DNA of 64,000 nucleotides from the IMG/VR virus record IMGVR_UViG_3300031867_000003, positions 96,001 through 160,000 of that record, one strand, 5' to 3'. Below the pieces are notes generated by a model. The model made no database searches. It had not been told where the DNA came from and saw nothing but the letters and a program-made list of their open reading frames with translations. The stretch comes from a virus. Lineage: Duplodnaviria; Caudoviricetes. Positions 25,807 to 40,800 of this stretch are shown here, one piece after another. Both the position numbers and the translations under genes were made by a program. How positions within the stretch are numbered: the stretch's first letter is position 1; each line of letters begins with the position of its first letter.

Positions 25807-28800
25807 TCAGTGTCCGGCTTTTCTCATATCTTTAGCTATTTCTTTGGTAGTATAGTTATAAATGTTCTTTTTAAATGATGCATTGCTCATTAATCCCTTG
25901 GCAATTTCTTCTAACTGTGGCACTATGGACTGATCCGCGTTGCCGTCAATTCGAATAAGATTGTCATAGTGGATGGTGATGTTCTGATTTGTGCTATGAT
26001 TAATATTATATTCCGGTGTCTGGAAGTTAGGTGTCTAGACAGGCACCATTCCAGATTTAGCCATAGCCATAAGGTTCTCCGTAAGGTCTGCCGGGATAAC
26101 TCCGTCTCCGGCTTTTAACGGCATTAACATTACACCACGACGGGTGATAATAGCTTCCGGACCCTTTTCGTTGATTTGATAAAGCCCCGGCTTCGCGGAT
26201 TTCGTTCCTTTCGCAAGACCGCCACTAAGATATTCTTCTCCTAGTTTACCGCCACTGAAATCACCGTTTATGAGTAATTGTCTAAACATGTCATTAAGAT
26301 CGCCGACCTGCTCGCTGATTTTTGTCGCCTCGGATTTCATAGCTTGCCAATAGTCGTATTCTTTTTGAGAAAGATTATCTTTATAAATGTCTAATTTCTT
26401 GCGTATATTACTGCTACTAAGATTAACTCCTTCAACATATTTATACTATACATCGAGATCTTCTCCGACCATCTATGGAACACCCATATTTTGTTCGCCC
26501 TAGAAGGCATCGGGGTGGAACGACTTAAGATAAGCATTAAAAGAAGCATTTACGTTACCAAGTGAAGCTTTAAGGTTAGTGGCAGAATCAACTACAAGTT
26601 GTGCCGCATGGTCAATATTTATAGATAAGTCTTTTACAAACTTCTCATAATTTTCTTGAAGTTTTGCTGAAAGATCGGTTAATCCGTCAATACGGAGATT
26701 TACTATATGATCTTTGACAGTGTCATCAAGTTCTTCTTGCATTTCCGCACGTTGTGCTTCAAGGCGAGCCTTTTGAGCACGGCTCTCGGCATCAGTTCAT
26801 TTATATTCACATGGTTCGCTACACCATGCCGTGTGAGATATAACCAATGGTATATCCACACTGCTCATGCTTTCACATGAGATTAGACTATATCATCTAT
26901 GGAAATTTTCCATAGTCTGTTGTTTCGAATTGCCAGCTTGCAATCCTACGTCCCTACACTCATCGGGACTAGTCGTTGAACGTTTCCTAGTATGTCTAGA
27001 ACTTCGCTGCTGATTGCCCAATATTTATCATTTTTAAACTATCGTAATTATTTATTATCACTGTAGTGATAAATCTCTAAGGGTTTCCCAGCAATTAAAC
27101 AGAATGCCCAATATAATTAGGCCATTTAGTGCGCGGATTTGCTGTTCGATAAGCTGCACATCTTTATTTTGCTTGCGTAGTTTCTTATCGTAATCGTACA
27201 TCTCTTTCTTTTTATTTATCTCATTTTTCCGGGCTTCAATAAGTTTGTTAATATAAGTAATTTCTGTTTGATACCTATCGGTTACATCCTTAATAATCAC
27301 CTGTCTCTGAGACGCGAGAGAAGTAATTACATCGCGAGATTGCGCTTCATATTCTTTCATTTTGGAGTTATATGTTTCTATATCAAGAGACGGATCTTCT
27401 CTTAACCGATTAGTAAGCACTTGTTGAGCTGTTCGAATTTTTGTAAACTAATCTTGTAGCATTTTATAGCTACGAACATCCATTGCGTATTTTGCAGTAC
27501 CAAGTTCAGTAAAGGTGCCGTCGGTCGTATACATCATTTCCGGAGAAATTGTTCCTTTGAGCTAATCTAAGGCTTTATGTACGGTGTCAATATTTTTAAT
27601 CATATCTTCCAAAGGTTTGAAATATACATCTTGCCTCATATCATCATATAAATTATTGATTTCTTCATCTAATTTATATACTTCTATATTAGCCTTTTGT
27701 ATATTTGCCATCATTGCTTTGTGCGCTTCGGAGTTCTCCAGAATTGTTCCGGCTTTAACATAGCTATCTAATAACTCCTGCTGGGCTTTCGCCTAATTTG
27801 CATATGCTTTTTGAGCGTCTTTTAATCGGTCGATTTGTCCTTCATAGTTGCTCTTCAAAAAGTCAATCGAAGAGTTCTTCTTGATAGTTGCTTTTCCGGA
27901 TTGATCATAAGAATAGCTAATTCCGTCAGTCAGTAATGTCGTGCGAGGTATATTGGTATTTCTGACGTATTCTCCGTCTTCATTCTTAGTAGCAATATAA
28001 TATCCTTTATCTACCGAATAAACAACTCTTGATTCACCGACTTTTTTTCCATTGGTCTTGAATGTCGGCTATGTGCTATTAAGTTGGTCGGGAGCAATAT
28101 AATATCCGCGTTCTTTCCATACTTTACGTATTTCTTCGCGGCGATCCGCCCAGGTTTTGGATAAATTAACGGCCGCTTGATACCAAGACTCGATATTATC
28201 CATCTTTTCCTATGCGATCTTTTGCTCGCGCTCTGCAACTTCAACCGCAGACTAAATGAGTTCTTCCCTCATTTTTTGCTCTTGTTCTCTGGCTTGACCG
28301 AGAGCGCCGGTAACATTTTCCAATGATGCCGTAGCATTATTCCATAACGCAACCGCCTCCCCAAGTTCGTTAGACACTCTTGTCGGATCTATTTTCCAAC
28401 CGTTATTTAAAGCTTTATTAATAAAATCTTTTTCTGATTTGGAAGCCTTTTTATACGCGTCATTGCTCAATATAGATTTCTTTGCTTTGTCGGATTCTTT
28501 TTTTAGCGAAGCCTATTGAGATGCAAACTGGGTTGTTATTTCCTATTGTTCCTCTATAGCGATCCGGCGCTTTTTCAATTCCTCTTTCAGCTAACGCATT
28601 TCCTTATCAATGTTTTCATTTTGCGCTATATAACTCGGCTTATTAAGAGAGCTTTCCATAAGTACATTAGCCTATCCATAAGAAGTGTCTTGTAAATTTT
28701 TCAATTCGTTTTTGTCGGCTCGGTTCTATTTTCTAGCGGCCTAATACGCTTTATCCGCACTATTCTTGGCGGTTTTGGCAGCTGCTTCTTTTTTGATTTT

Positions 28801-31800
28801 ATTATTGTAATCATCGACAAGCTTTTTGAAATAAGGCCCCCTATTTTTATTATATGGAATAAGTTCACCTTTTTTCATTGCGTTTAGTATTGAATTTTTA
28901 TCATTCTTCGAAACTTTTTTATTTGCTTTAAGATAATTTTCTAATTCAGTTTTGGATTTCTATGTTAAATCTTTGCGGCTTTCATATTTACTTTTGGCGT
29001 CATTATAATTCTATAACTTAGTGGCTCTGTCAGCTGTAGACTTAGCTACCACATCTTTCTATGCTTTTACCCCCGTGGCAAATTCTATCCAGCGCTGCGC
29101 AGACGCAATGCCGGATTTTCCGCCGGAAATTGCACTTGTTATTCCGGAAATAGTATTGATTCGGTTCTCAATTTTATCAAGCGCCTTCTCTAGCTTTTCG
29201 GTCGGTAGCTAGATAATCTGGCTCTGAAGATCTCTCATTGTATTCGCAAGTTCTTGTATCGCATTATTTGCGTCGCGAGATTTATTAATATAATCGAGAT
29301 ATGCGCGAGCGCCTTCAACAAAAGCGGCCTAATTAGGATTGGTCGTCTCTATTTGTTCAAGATTATATTTGCCTTCAAGTAAATCTTTTTGATTAAATTT
29401 GCTCCAGATATTTACTGTCTGTTTGTTTCCGTCTTTGTCCGTATAAACATAGGCTTTTGCTAATTCTTCGGCGAAATTTTTGTATGTCGTCGCGGCGCGA
29501 GAGTTGGCTTTAATTTCATTCTGGAGTGCGGTAACTTCGCTGCGAAGAAGTTTCCCCTTAGTTGCGTTGGTCACATAATCGGTAATCTTGTCGGCAATTT
29601 TCTTCGTTGCGTCAGCAAAATACTGAAGACGAAGTTCAACGTAATCGAATATTTCTTGGGAGAATTGAGGTTTATCGGCATTGTCATTGTTATTATTTCC
29701 GGCATTGTTGTTACCGCCACCACCGGTACTTGCTTGCTAATTGCCACTACCGACATTTACGTTGTTATTATTGCCGGTAACAGTTACTCCGGATTGCCCA
29801 CCACCGCCACCGGTCCATGTAAATGTTCCGCCGCCATTACCGGCATGAGCATTCATTCCATTAACTGTCCCTTTCGCAAATGCGGATGAGCCGCCAATTA
29901 TACGTGCGTGGCTAGATGTACGACCTTGTTTAAGAAGATCTTCCGTTTGTTTGTGATTAAATCATATATGTTTTTCTCAGTTCGCTACGCTGAGAAGGAA
30001 TTATTATAATTCCCTCATAGTTTCCTATGAGATCAGACTATATCATCTACTCAAATAGAAGAGTAGTTTACCGTTTCAAGGGTCAATAGCTTACCCCCTA
30101 CATGATAGTCGTTGAACCTTATTCTATTCGAATCTTGGCTGCTGATTACCAAATAATAATATTTTAAAAACTTTCACGATTATCTATATTTCATAATTTC
30201 GTTGTAGTTATTATTCTCTAATGGTTTTCCAGCAATTAGATAAATTTTTCAATGTATGTTGCCATACAAAGTCGCATAATTAATACGACGTCGCCCCTCT
30301 TAAGGTTTTCTATATGTGGTCCACCAGGAACGAGGAACCATTTGCCGTTTCTTATGATTGATTCCGTTCCCAATTCATTAATCAAGCTTTCTTGGTCTTT
30401 GTCTATTGCGATGTCACCTTTTGCATATCCACTCATATCTTTGTAGTTAAGCATATTATATGCGCTACCGGATTTTGCTACCTTGCCTTCTTCGTCAAAC
30501 GTGCCTTTTGCATAACCTCGCCCTATTGATGAGAGAGTACCAGAATATGAAGCAGCATTTTCTGCTTTACCAGGTTTATTAACTTTGCCAGGTTTATGCG
30601 AAGCACTAGAACTTGCACTCTAACTTGGCTTCACAACAGTACCAGTAACAGTAGCACTAACATGGGCACTAATACTAATGTTGGCAATCATAGCACGAAT
30701 TCTACTTACTGCACTTTGCGCAGCGCTTATTGCCCTATCTGCATTACCGTCAATTGTGATTCTGGCGGTTCTTCCATTCGCAGACGCAACCGCTTGATTA
30801 ATCGCACTAATTGCGCCAGAATTATTGCCATTAATGGTAATTCTACCGGAACTTGAGTTAGCATGAGAAACCGCAGTAGCTATTGAACTCATTGCCTAAG
30901 AGTTGTCTCCACCAATTGTAATTTTGGGGTTTGCATCTTCAACAGTGGAGACCACTTCTTCCACAGAAGAAATAGCCTACTCATTATTAGCCTAAATATT
31001 TATAGGTTCAGAGGCAGATGATTTGATATTATCAACCGCAGTTTGGATTGCCTAAACCTGTGAAAGAGCGCCGGAAGTTGTTATGTTTAATGCTATATTC
31101 TGGGCAGCAGCTTTAACTCTGTTAATTAACCCAGATAATGCACTAATCTAACCGGCTGCCTAACTGGTATTTGCAGTAGTTGTAACTGTTTCTGTTTTTG
31201 TTTGCGTCTAATCTTTATTTCCGCCAAATAAACCCGAAATAGCATTTTTTGCTTTTTGAATTACTTCAACTATAGTAACTTTTTTTGTCGCTGGTTTTTC
31301 CGCCTATGCTTGAATTTCATCCTAGCCGGTAGCTTCAAGTTTAACTTCCTTTGTGTACTCCTCGCCATTAATCGCAGCACTAACAGCTTCATTAATCCCC
31401 TAGAGAGAACCCTCGTCTAATTTGACGGGCATAGATATTTCTTTTCCGTCAATAGAATTAATCATTGCTTCGGCGGTTTCCACATCAGATGTATCTATGT
31501 CCAAAGTGGCGGAAAGAGTTCCATCATTCATCGATTGCTATAATTCTTCTAATGAACCGCCATCTTCAAGATACTGTTCTATTGCAACTCGCACGTTATA
31601 CTCCTGTTGGGTCTTTGCTTCAAGCTATTCAAGCTATGCAAGTGCTTCTTGTCCGCCTTCTTCTTCGACATTGATTTGCGCTTTCATTTCGGATATTTCA
31701 GCTAATTTATTCTAAAGTTCATCAACACTCATCGAAGCGGCATCGAATTGAGTAGCCCCCTCGAATTGAGTACCTTTAAATAATGCTTCAACCTTGTCGG

Positions 31801-34800
31801 TAGCAACAGTAGTACTATCACTGAATTGATTCATACTATTGATAGGTCCAGCAAAATCAATTACTCCAAGCGCCGCAAGAATCGGTACTAGCTGTTCAGC
31901 TTGGGCAGAAGATAAGCCAGCTGCTTGTGCAATACCCTCAAGGGCATCCTCAGCAGCTTCGAGTCCCTTAACATTATAGTCTCCATCTCCCAACTTAATC
32001 TATTTGAGCTCATCATACGATATGCCTTTAAGGGCGTCAGCATATTCCATAACCGCATCTTTCGCGTTCTGAATTTTGGTCTTACCGGCTTCGAATGCCG
32101 AAAACTCGGCGGTATTACGATCTATTCCAAATGCTTCAGCACCAAGAGGAGATTCCCACGAACCGATTTTGCCCTCAAGGTCTTTCATAGCAGATTCATA
32201 AGATGCTTCATCAACCTCGAAGTCGGCATTTACTTTGATACCATAATCATCGGCTAAATCTTGTGCTTCACGGAGAAAACGATTTGCACTTGCTTCATCG
32301 CCTCGCTCCATTGCATCATCATAATATGATTTAAGGTCTGCAATACTACTCTTGAGATTCTTAAGGTTGCTTACGTATTCCTATGCCTGTCCTCGCTAGA
32401 AATTTTGAGTAGCTGTCTGTACGGCATTCAGCTATCCTTGATACTGATCAATGACATCCTACTGAATCGCCAAATCATCGGCGCTTGCGCCTTCACGCTT
32501 CATTTCGGCATATTTAAGCTATGCATTGGTAAGTTCATTAGTCCATTTCTACGTCTGAAGTTGAGCGTCTTCAATAGAACTGACGAACGCACCCATTCCA
32601 CCATATTCCTCAGCTTTGCCAAACATGTCACGGAACCATTCTTCTCCGGCTCCAAATTGATGGGCGGCTTTAGCTAAATCGGTAAAGTTCATCACCAATC
32701 CTTGTGTGCCGTCTTCATATGTTTCAAGTGTCGCCATACCGGCACTCTGCAAATCCATCATGAATTTATGTACGCCCTAGATATCATCGGTCATATATTT
32801 AGAGAATTTATCATAGTTCTGTTTGAATCGTGTCGGATCGGATAAACCCCATTCGTCAAAGTAAGCTGCGCGGGTCTTGTAGTCGTCGGTGCCAATCAGA
32901 CCTTTATCCCACATTTCTTTAGCTTCTTTGAGATAATTCATTGCCTTATCATAATTTGCTCCTTGATTTACAGTTTGATCCGCAAGTGCAATTTGACCAT
33001 GCTGTGAGAATTGTTCCATAAGTTGCTGATAAGCGGCAAATACTTGTGATTGCTGTTGCTATAAATCCGCAAGTTCTTGCTTTAATTTGCTAATACCCGC
33101 AGTATTTATATCACCGCTGGCATTCTCCATACGGTTAAGGGCTTCGGTAGTTTGATTGATTTTTGTTGTTAAATCATTGTTAGATAATTCATATTCTTGT
33201 TGCGCGAGACGCTGTAATTCGACAACGTTCGCTTTAACGCCGTCGGTTGTATTATAGAATACACCGGATAAATCGGCAGAAGAACCTAAGTCGCTAAATG
33301 CGGTGGATATTGCTTTGATTGTATCCGGAGTAATACCGGTAGGAGTGGTCATTTCCGAGAATGCGGACTAAATAGCAGAAGAGAGGTCTTGCGCTTGAGT
33401 AAGTAATAAATTACGAGCTTGATCATCATAGCCATAGGCGTCAGCAAGTGCTTGCGCCATGGATGATTCGTTTTGGCGGATTTGGTTAAGTGTATCTTGG
33501 TATTCTTGTTTGTTGTTTCTAAGTGCAGGAAGTTGATTCCTCAATGCCCTGTTTTGGTCTGATAAATTCTTTGCTTGCTGTCTGGATAAAGTCGCAAGAT
33601 TTTTGTATTCTTTTTCGTTAGCTTTGATACCTTTTGCCTAATTTACGGTAATTTCGTCATTAATAGCAGAAGCCTAGTCCTAGATATTTGTCATCTAATT
33701 TTGTAATACATTAAGATGAGATTCTGCTTCATTATACATTGGAGAAGTGTATTTCTGGAGACCGGATATAACTTCTTCAGCATCTAATGCTTCCTAATAC
33801 ATGCTTGCTGACTACTCAAGGTCATATATATCTGATTTTGGATTCCCATATCTTTGAGCAAGATCAAGGGCCTCAGACATAATAGATTCCTAAATTCCAA
33901 TCTGTTCTTTTGCATTATTCGCCTATAACTTTGCAAGATTATGAGAAATATATTCTCCTCTGTTTTCAATATCGGTGCGTTCTTTTTGTAACTAATCTCC
34001 GTTAGCTTTGGAAGTGGCATAATCCGTTTTTAGATTATTTAAATCTGTTTGCGCATTTTCTTTTCTGGTTTCTATCATTTCTGTTTCCGTGCTTGAAATA
34101 TTTGCTATAGCCTCTCTATAATCAGCTAATGCTTTATCATATGCTACCTAATCACGTCTATCAGCCGCTTCATTCATCCTTCCAAGTGCGGTATTGGCCT
34201 TATCGTGATATGCCTAAATATCTGATTCATATAATGGCATGACACTATTATTAAGTTCTTCCTCAGTTAAACGTTCGCCTTTTGCTTGACGGTTCTCATT
34301 TCTTGCATTTATTAAGTTTCGCTTTTGTTCATTTTTCTCTAAAACAGCTTCAGCCTCACGATCTTTAATAATCAAATCCCATTCAATCTTTTTATGATTA
34401 TACTCAGCTAAAATTTGCTATAATGTTGATTCTGCCGTAATCGTACCATCAAGCGTCAGTTCCCAAAGAACATTATAATCAAGTTCTTCGCCATTCTATG
34501 AGAGAGCAGTTAATACATCATTATATTTCTATTCGTTAAGATGAGAACCTGTCTAATCTGTATATGAAAACGTTTCTTTTAAACTGTTTTTTGCTGTTTC
34601 GGCAGAAACAGTAAGGTTATCATAAGATTCAATTAAATTATCAATATACGCCTGTGATGCCCTTGTGGCTTCCGGTGTGAGTGGACCTTTGTCTGCCTAT
34701 ACTTTTTTAAACTCTTTGATATATTCAGACAACTATTTAACCGCAGCGTTATTAATGCCTTCAAATGAAAAATCGTCCATACTTGGCATAGCATCTTGCA

Positions 34801-37800
34801 AATTTTTCATTTCTTCTGCTGTAAGTTTACCGTTTTCACGGTAAGACTCTAGTGCATTATTCAGTGATGATAAATTAGATTCATACTGTGATGCACTTTT
34901 GGAAAAATCTTCGTCATTGAGAATATCCGCAAGAGTACCGGTTCCGGCTTCTTCTTTAATCTAGGATAACTGGTTCAAATATTCTCTGAGGGATTCAATT
35001 GTATTGCCAACAAAATTAAAGTTTTGATTGTTCATCGCTGTCTGGGCAATTCTTTGTTCTTTTTGCGTTAAACTCTGTATGTCATCCCAAGATATCTTGC
35101 TTTTGCCTTGTTTATAGACATTTTTACCATTAGCATCTTGAGTTACCTCGCCTCCAAGTCTTTTGAATATGGCAGCTCGAGTGTCAGTAGCGTTCCAGTG
35201 GTAATCACCATTTTCATCCTCATATTTGTATTCAAGACCAACAAGAATTGTTTGCTTTATTTTATAATTTTCAGTTCCTTCGCCACCTGGGAAAATCGTA
35301 TTTAACACACCATTAATCTGATCTCTCATTTCTTTATTGGTGGCGTCATCAAATTCAAAATTAAAAATTTTAGATAAAGCTTCTTTTGATACGTCTCCGT
35401 TGCTAACAGCTTGTTCTATCGGCGCAAGTATTCTATTTTTAATATCATCATCAAAACTTTCGCTATTAGAACCTAACTGTTCATATAATGTATCATAATC
35501 GATATTATATAACTAAGATAAAATACTATCCGTTAAATCTTCGCCGAGATGTAAAAAGTTAGGATCTGTCTTTAAAGTCGAAATTAAATTAGGAACAAAT
35601 CCAGTCGCCCAATTTGCCGACTTCTAAACATTGGCAGACTTTATAGTATCTTGTGCTCTTTCTATATAACCATTAAGAATGTTCTGGTACCCGTCCATAG
35701 AACTAGATAACTAGTTTAAATCGTCCTATGTTAACTTAAATGTTATTTTTTCACCCTAATCTCCGTGGCTATAATAACCATAATCTACCCCAAGACTGCT
35801 CAGTACATTTTCTAGCGCGGATCTGGCCCCGGAACTTGTAGGAGCATCCCACACTTTTGACCCAGTAGAATTTATCTCTGCAATCTTATTCTGTATTTCT
35901 TGTACCTATGATATCTGTTTTTCCGCACCGGCAATTTCGTCGTCATAGTTTTTGTTTCCTTCAACGATTCCTTTAACTATACCAGGCATTTGTTTTTCAA
36001 TTTCATTTGCTTTTATTTTATTCTGTGCTTCAATTAATTCATTTAATTTATCTGTTGCCTATTGAGCATTTTCCCCTAAGTCAACCAAAGACTATCCGCT
36101 ATCTGTTACTCCTGTTTTTAAGGATGGAAATGTATCCGCGAGCTATTGATTGATTGCCAAAAACTCCTCATAATCTTCTGTTGAGAGTGAGAGATTTTTA
36201 ATTTGATTTCCTCTCATATAAACACCGGAACGAAGTTCATTATAACGTTTTCTAGCGTTTTCGCCAACTTCATTAACAGCGGTCATTTCTTCTCTTGCTT
36301 TTCTAGCTTCTCCCTATGCCGCTAATCCTTTATTTATTTTGTTTTCTCTATAATGTGCTAGATAATTAATCCCTTCGATCCCTTTACCAATCGCAGCCGT
36401 AATAGCCATAGAAATTGCACCTGTTGCAAGACCGGAGATAGCAGTTAAACCAACGTCTTTAATGAATGAGGTAGCTATACCCTTAAATGTTGCTTTCTCA
36501 TTAAGTGCCTTTTTAAAATCATCAACAAGCATACCTTTGCCGCCACGTTCTGCAATGCCGGCGATTATGTCTTGCGCTTCATCCTTAGCATTTGATAAAC
36601 CGGTCTGCCTAACATCTCTTACTCCATCCCAGCCAAAAAGCTATCCGACGGTAGTAGCATTTCTATTTCCAGCTATTCTTTTATTAAGCCATTCAATTGC
36701 ATCTTCCTTTGGTTGCGTGTTAAATAATGCGTTCTTAAGACTTTTAAAAAATCCCCCATTAGTAGAATCAAATCTAGTTTTCATATCCTTAAAGATATGT
36801 CCAAATTCCCAATCCCCCATACCGTTTTTACGGAATAATCCGTTTCCGGTAAACTGAAGAAATCCGCCGATTCCGGCTCCAAGAATTCCACTAAGGCCGC
36901 CGAATGCGTCTACTAACTACGTAACTACTTCAACGGCAGAAGTGCCGAGTTCAATGATATCTTTAAGCCATTCACTGTCAATTGTTACTGTTGCCAGTTG
37001 TTGTAAACTATTTTGAAGCTGTGCCATTTTTCCTTCTACAGAATCAAGATATGTGTTAAGCTCGTTTTGTGCCGATCCTTGTGAGTTCATTAAAGAGTCT
37101 TGATAGACATCTTTTAATAGCTGTGGATTTGATAATAGGCTACTTGCTGCTGCTGCACGCGTTTTTCCTCAATTATGTTAAACATGGTTCACAACACCAT
37201 GTGATTCGTAATAAACGAATCTCTTACACTTTCATGCAAGTTCTGACCATTTCTTCACCCTCAGCATCATCTGTTAGGGGCATACCTTTTCGGCGTACCA
37301 TAAGTTTGTACCCTACGATTATTCATAATCTGGTCGATGAACGTTCGCCAATATATATATCCAAAATATACATACAGGCGCTTCGATGCAAGAACAGCCA
37401 ATCTTTATGTTATAAAACCATCATAATATATTTTCATTATTATTGTGGTATAAAGCTCTAAGGCATTACCTGCAATTAGATATGTTCTTTATATATATTT
37501 CTATATATTGTGGCAAGCCGTTTGCCACCGTTTCAAGTAATAGCGACTATCTATTAGTGCCCAGTTTCTTATCTTCCTCACCAATTTCCTTAAATACCTC
37601 AGCGATACCGAGCATACGTTCGTATGTTGTTTTGTAAGTACCGTCGTCATTCAGTATATCAAAACCTTTATATCCGTTTGATTGCACCTTTGTTGCGTCA
37701 AGAATCGTTTGTCGCAGTTTCGATTGTGTAGTAATTAAACCATCGATTTCTTCGCCGGCTTCTTGCATGTCTTCTACGGAAGTGCCGCTCAATCTCAGTG

Positions 37801-40800
37801 AGATTGTCTTAAGGGATTGGCCAACCGTGAGAGGATCTTGAAGGACGGCATTTGCAGCAGTAGTAAGAGCCACAGCTTCGTCAAATGAATCCGATCATGT
37901 TAAAGATAGTTCGCAACGCTATCTTAATTTATTGATAAACAATTATCAATCTTTATCTATCAATAAATTCTTTACCTTTCGGCAAAGTCCCGACTATTTC
38001 TTCACCCTCACCATTACGTGGAGGGGCATACCTTTTCCAATTCCATTTGCGATTGAATTGTACAATTAGTCTGTGAACGTTTATCTTCAATTAAAAAGAT
38101 ACTTCGCTGCGCGATCTACCAATTCTTATTTTTTAAGACTATCATAAACAATTGCTTGCTTATTGTAGTAATAAGACTCTAAGGTTTTACCCGCAATTAG
38201 ATATGTTCTTATAATATATTTCTATATTATCGGGCAATTGTTTTTACCCGTTACTTGTAATGTACCAGCAGATTTCTGAAGTGACTCAGCTAACTCTGAC
38301 GTACTGATTGCGTAGTTATTGCCTACGTAGTTTAACTTATCGATGATTTCCGATTTATCAAGATCTTTATACGCTTGGCTCATTGCAGTTAATGATTCAG
38401 TTGCAGCATTAATGTCTTGGAATTCCGACACATTAAGAAGTACAGTTGACAATTCCGCACTTTTTTGTGCCTACTCAAACGACTCGCCCAGTCTTAACCA
38501 ATCCGCAGTACTTTCTTGAATTTGTTTAGACGTTGTCCCGACGCGATCGGCAGCCTCAAAGCTTCCGTGTTGTGCAAAATCTTTAAGAACACTAAGTGGC
38601 TCGTCAGACACTTTTCGCATTTCCGTGAGGGCAGTGTCAAGTTCTCTGACGATATTTACTCCTTGCTTGGCAATATTGATTACTTCATACAAATCCGCGT
38701 ATGTAAGTAAATATCTCGCCATTCCCTTGAACGAACCTTTAAGAGTCTCACCAAATGATTTGCCGACATCTCCGGCTTCCGTAGCCTAGGTTTTTATCCG
38801 CTCAAATGCTGCGGCGATTTCATCAAGATTACCGGCGGACGCACCATTTATTGCGTCTTGAAGGTTTTGAATTTGTGGGAAGTATTCAGTGGCAGCGGAA
38901 TTTTTATACATCCACTCTGACATACGGCGATTGAGAGTAGCAGCATCTTTTTCGTCGGCGGGAGAGTAATACCCTCCACTAGATCGTTGAACTACGTCAT
39001 TCAATCTGCCTCTAAAAGATAATACCTAAGCCTAAATCTAGTCACGTCTATCGGGGGTGGCTTTTTCATATTCCCCAGATATTTTAACCAAATTTTCAAA
39101 CTCTTCGTTTAAATCATGCAGAACGTTTACTCCATCTTCATTCCAGTTTCCATTGCCTAATTTTTGAAGAACTTCACCCATTTCCTCAAGGCTGTCGGTA
39201 AATGCAGACGTCTGCGCCTCATTCATAGTGTCATCAAATTGTTGTCTTAATTGTTTTAACGCATCCGATGCCTCACCTTGTGCGGTGACGAAAAGTCCAG
39301 TTTTATTTATCGCATTTTCATAAAAAGTTCCATATCTGTTTAAAAACGCCTATTCAGAATAATCCAACATCTATCCGTTTCTCTGCTTTTCATTAATTTG
39401 CGCATAACGCTCTGCATACTTAATAAGTGTTTGATATCCACGCTCAACATTTTCAAATTCATAATTCTCATTATCATTAAATGCGGACATCCCTGATTTT
39501 AAAACGTCCACATCTGCCATTTTTTGTCTATAAGTATCAAGAGCCGCATTAGGAACAGTCCCATCGTTTCTCTAATTCAATTTGTCAAGCGATTCATATG
39601 CTTTTTCTGCTTCCTCGCGATACTTTTCCATTGTTTTTATCGCCTGTTGTAGCTAATTGGCGCTTATCTCTCCAAGATTAAACATATCCTATGCATTAGA
39701 GGCTCGCTTTGCGGCATCATAGTATTGCTATATTTTACCGGCCTATTCACCGACATATTTAGATTCAGTAGCCTCCCATTCCTTTGCCAATCTGGCATCA
39801 TGTGAGGCAATAGCTCTATCTAAATCATCTCTGGATTTATAAGAACCATCTTTCGAAGTTACCCATTTGTCTAAAGCAGAGTCTGTCTATTCCTATGTAA
39901 TTTTCGATGCTTCCTTAAATTCATATATTTTTTCTATCGCTTCGTCCGCAGCTTCTGCTGTATCTTCCATCATTCTGACAATAGAACTTTTTACATTGTC
40001 CGGAATCACTTGCCCTTTTGCCTCATCTGTCAACATTTTATTATACGTATCTCTAGCTTCAATTGCCCTTTTTATTATATTAATTTGCTCTTCATATTCA
40101 TCCTTATTCTTTTTATTCACTGCAGCTGTTTTTTTATCCTAGGATTGTGCGGAGCCATTTTGAGCAGCTTCCCACGCTTTTATCCCTTCTTGATATTGCT
40201 CATCTGTAATATCATCTTTTATAGCCTCTAATTCACGCTTCGCGTCAGCAGCTTCTTGATATGCTTTTGTTAATCTAGAAACGGCCTCAGCCCATTCTTG
40301 TGTTTGTTTAATTTCAGGATTAGACTCGGCTTTTGCCTCTAGCTCATTCATTTTAGTTCTAGCGTTAAATAATTCTTTAAATTTATCAGTTTGTTCTTTA
40401 TAAAAATCACTAATCGTTTTATTTCGTTTTTTATTATCATCAGCTTGTGCCTTACCCTATGCCTCATAACGCTTACGCCCCATATTATATTCAGTGTTAC
40501 GCGCTTTTTGATATTGCTATTCTTCCATAGCGATTGCCATAGCATCTGATTTTTGACCTTCATATTCAGCATTTACATCCTTAAAACGTTGTTGAATAGA
40601 TCTTAATTTATTATTAAATTCCTCTAGGTCTTTGGATTTAAGATTGGAGCCGATATTTTTTTCAAGATCACTCAATTCTTTTTCTAAATCTGAGGTATCT
40701 ACATTAGACTTCTACATCTTACGCATGGTATTATGTATATCAGTAGTTAATTTATCTTTGGCAGCTGTTATGCTATATGGATTAAACTGAGTGTTTGCCT

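Noticed and set aside
29660-29860. Gly/Asn-rich repetitive stretch
   Set aside because: In-frame low-complexity linker of the tape measure protein, not a separate repeat element.
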